Origin: Chiloscyllium plagiosum
Taxonomy: Eukaryota
DNA length: 64,000 bases
Direction of reading: 5' to 3'
Assembly: GCF_004010195.1 (NCBI RefSeq)
Contig: NC_057719.1
Coordinates: 26,144,542 to 26,208,541 of the forward strand
The number at the start of each line of letters is the position of its first letter. Positions within the stretch are counted from its first letter, which is position 1. A program made the translations under genes and the position numbers. The notes beneath the pieces were generated by a model. It did no database searches. It was not told the DNA's origin and worked only from the letters and a program-made list of their open reading frames with translations. Below are positions 63,391 to 64,000 of the stretch, in pieces.

Positions 63391-64000
63391 CCTTCCTTAT
63401 GCCAGTGGCAAGCAGTAAGAGAGGGAGAGTTGCCTGGTCAGTGAGAACGATGTGGCAGCTGTAGCACAGCAGCCTCCCCATGTTCAGAGTGTCCACACCT
63501 CAGTTACTGACACAGGCTATACTCTATGGCAAGGTTTCTACTCATTTCAAGGATCGCCAGTTTCTAAAAGTTTCTCATTACGAAGATATGTTTAATATAG
63601 TGGGCAAAAAGCATGACTTCAGGTACTTAGAAACATTACTCAAGGCATTTGACCAAAGTAGTTGAAATTTTGAACCACTTTTAAGCATTTAATTCTTAAT
63701 ACTTTGAACTTAACACCATCAATAGGAAACTAATGGGATCAGATCAGTTGGTTTTACATCAAGCTGATCTTATTTGGTACATAGCTGGGGCTTAAAAAAT
63801 GATGGGCTGAATATTACTTTTTTTGGCTAAATCCAAGTCGCTTCAAGTATTTTTGAGGAATTGTCAATGTGAGGCCAAGCGAATTCTCTCATCATATCTT
63901 AAATGTGACTCATTGATTGTCTACCTCATCCTTCCAGTGTCCATTCCTTGTGGTTTACGGCCCATCCCCCTGTGCATGAAAGCTGGTCACTCAGTGGTAT

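Overview
Repeat-saturated, AT-rich vertebrate DNA, intronic or intergenic. It is most likely from a shark or other elasmobranch, inferred from HE1-type tRNA-derived SINEs whose 3' tail matches HER1/CR1-type LINEs. I recognise no intact host protein-coding gene; the recognisable ORFs in the track are transposon fragments or their antisense shadows. Contents: many CR1 LINE fragments, HE1-like SINEs, Penelope-like elements (RT + GIY-YIG) and short inverted-repeat derivatives of them, two decayed Gypsy gag/protease remnants, Tx1/L1 fragments, Myb/SANT-bearing Harbinger-like remnants, one tRNA-Leu(AAG) and three assembly gaps. Highlight 1: a three-level nest at 47.0-47.8 kb. A tRNA-Leu(AAG), its short leader, ~206 nt of 3' flank and a near full-length SINE with (TAATC)n tail sit as one ~600-bp unit inside an older SINE, itself inside a Gypsy gag. 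This looks like a retroposed Pol III read-through transcript. Highlight 2: four different Penelope terminal-repeat families each carry a minimal hammerhead-ribozyme-like motif with covarying stems and a palindromic stem III. All comparisons were made by eye; no searches were run.
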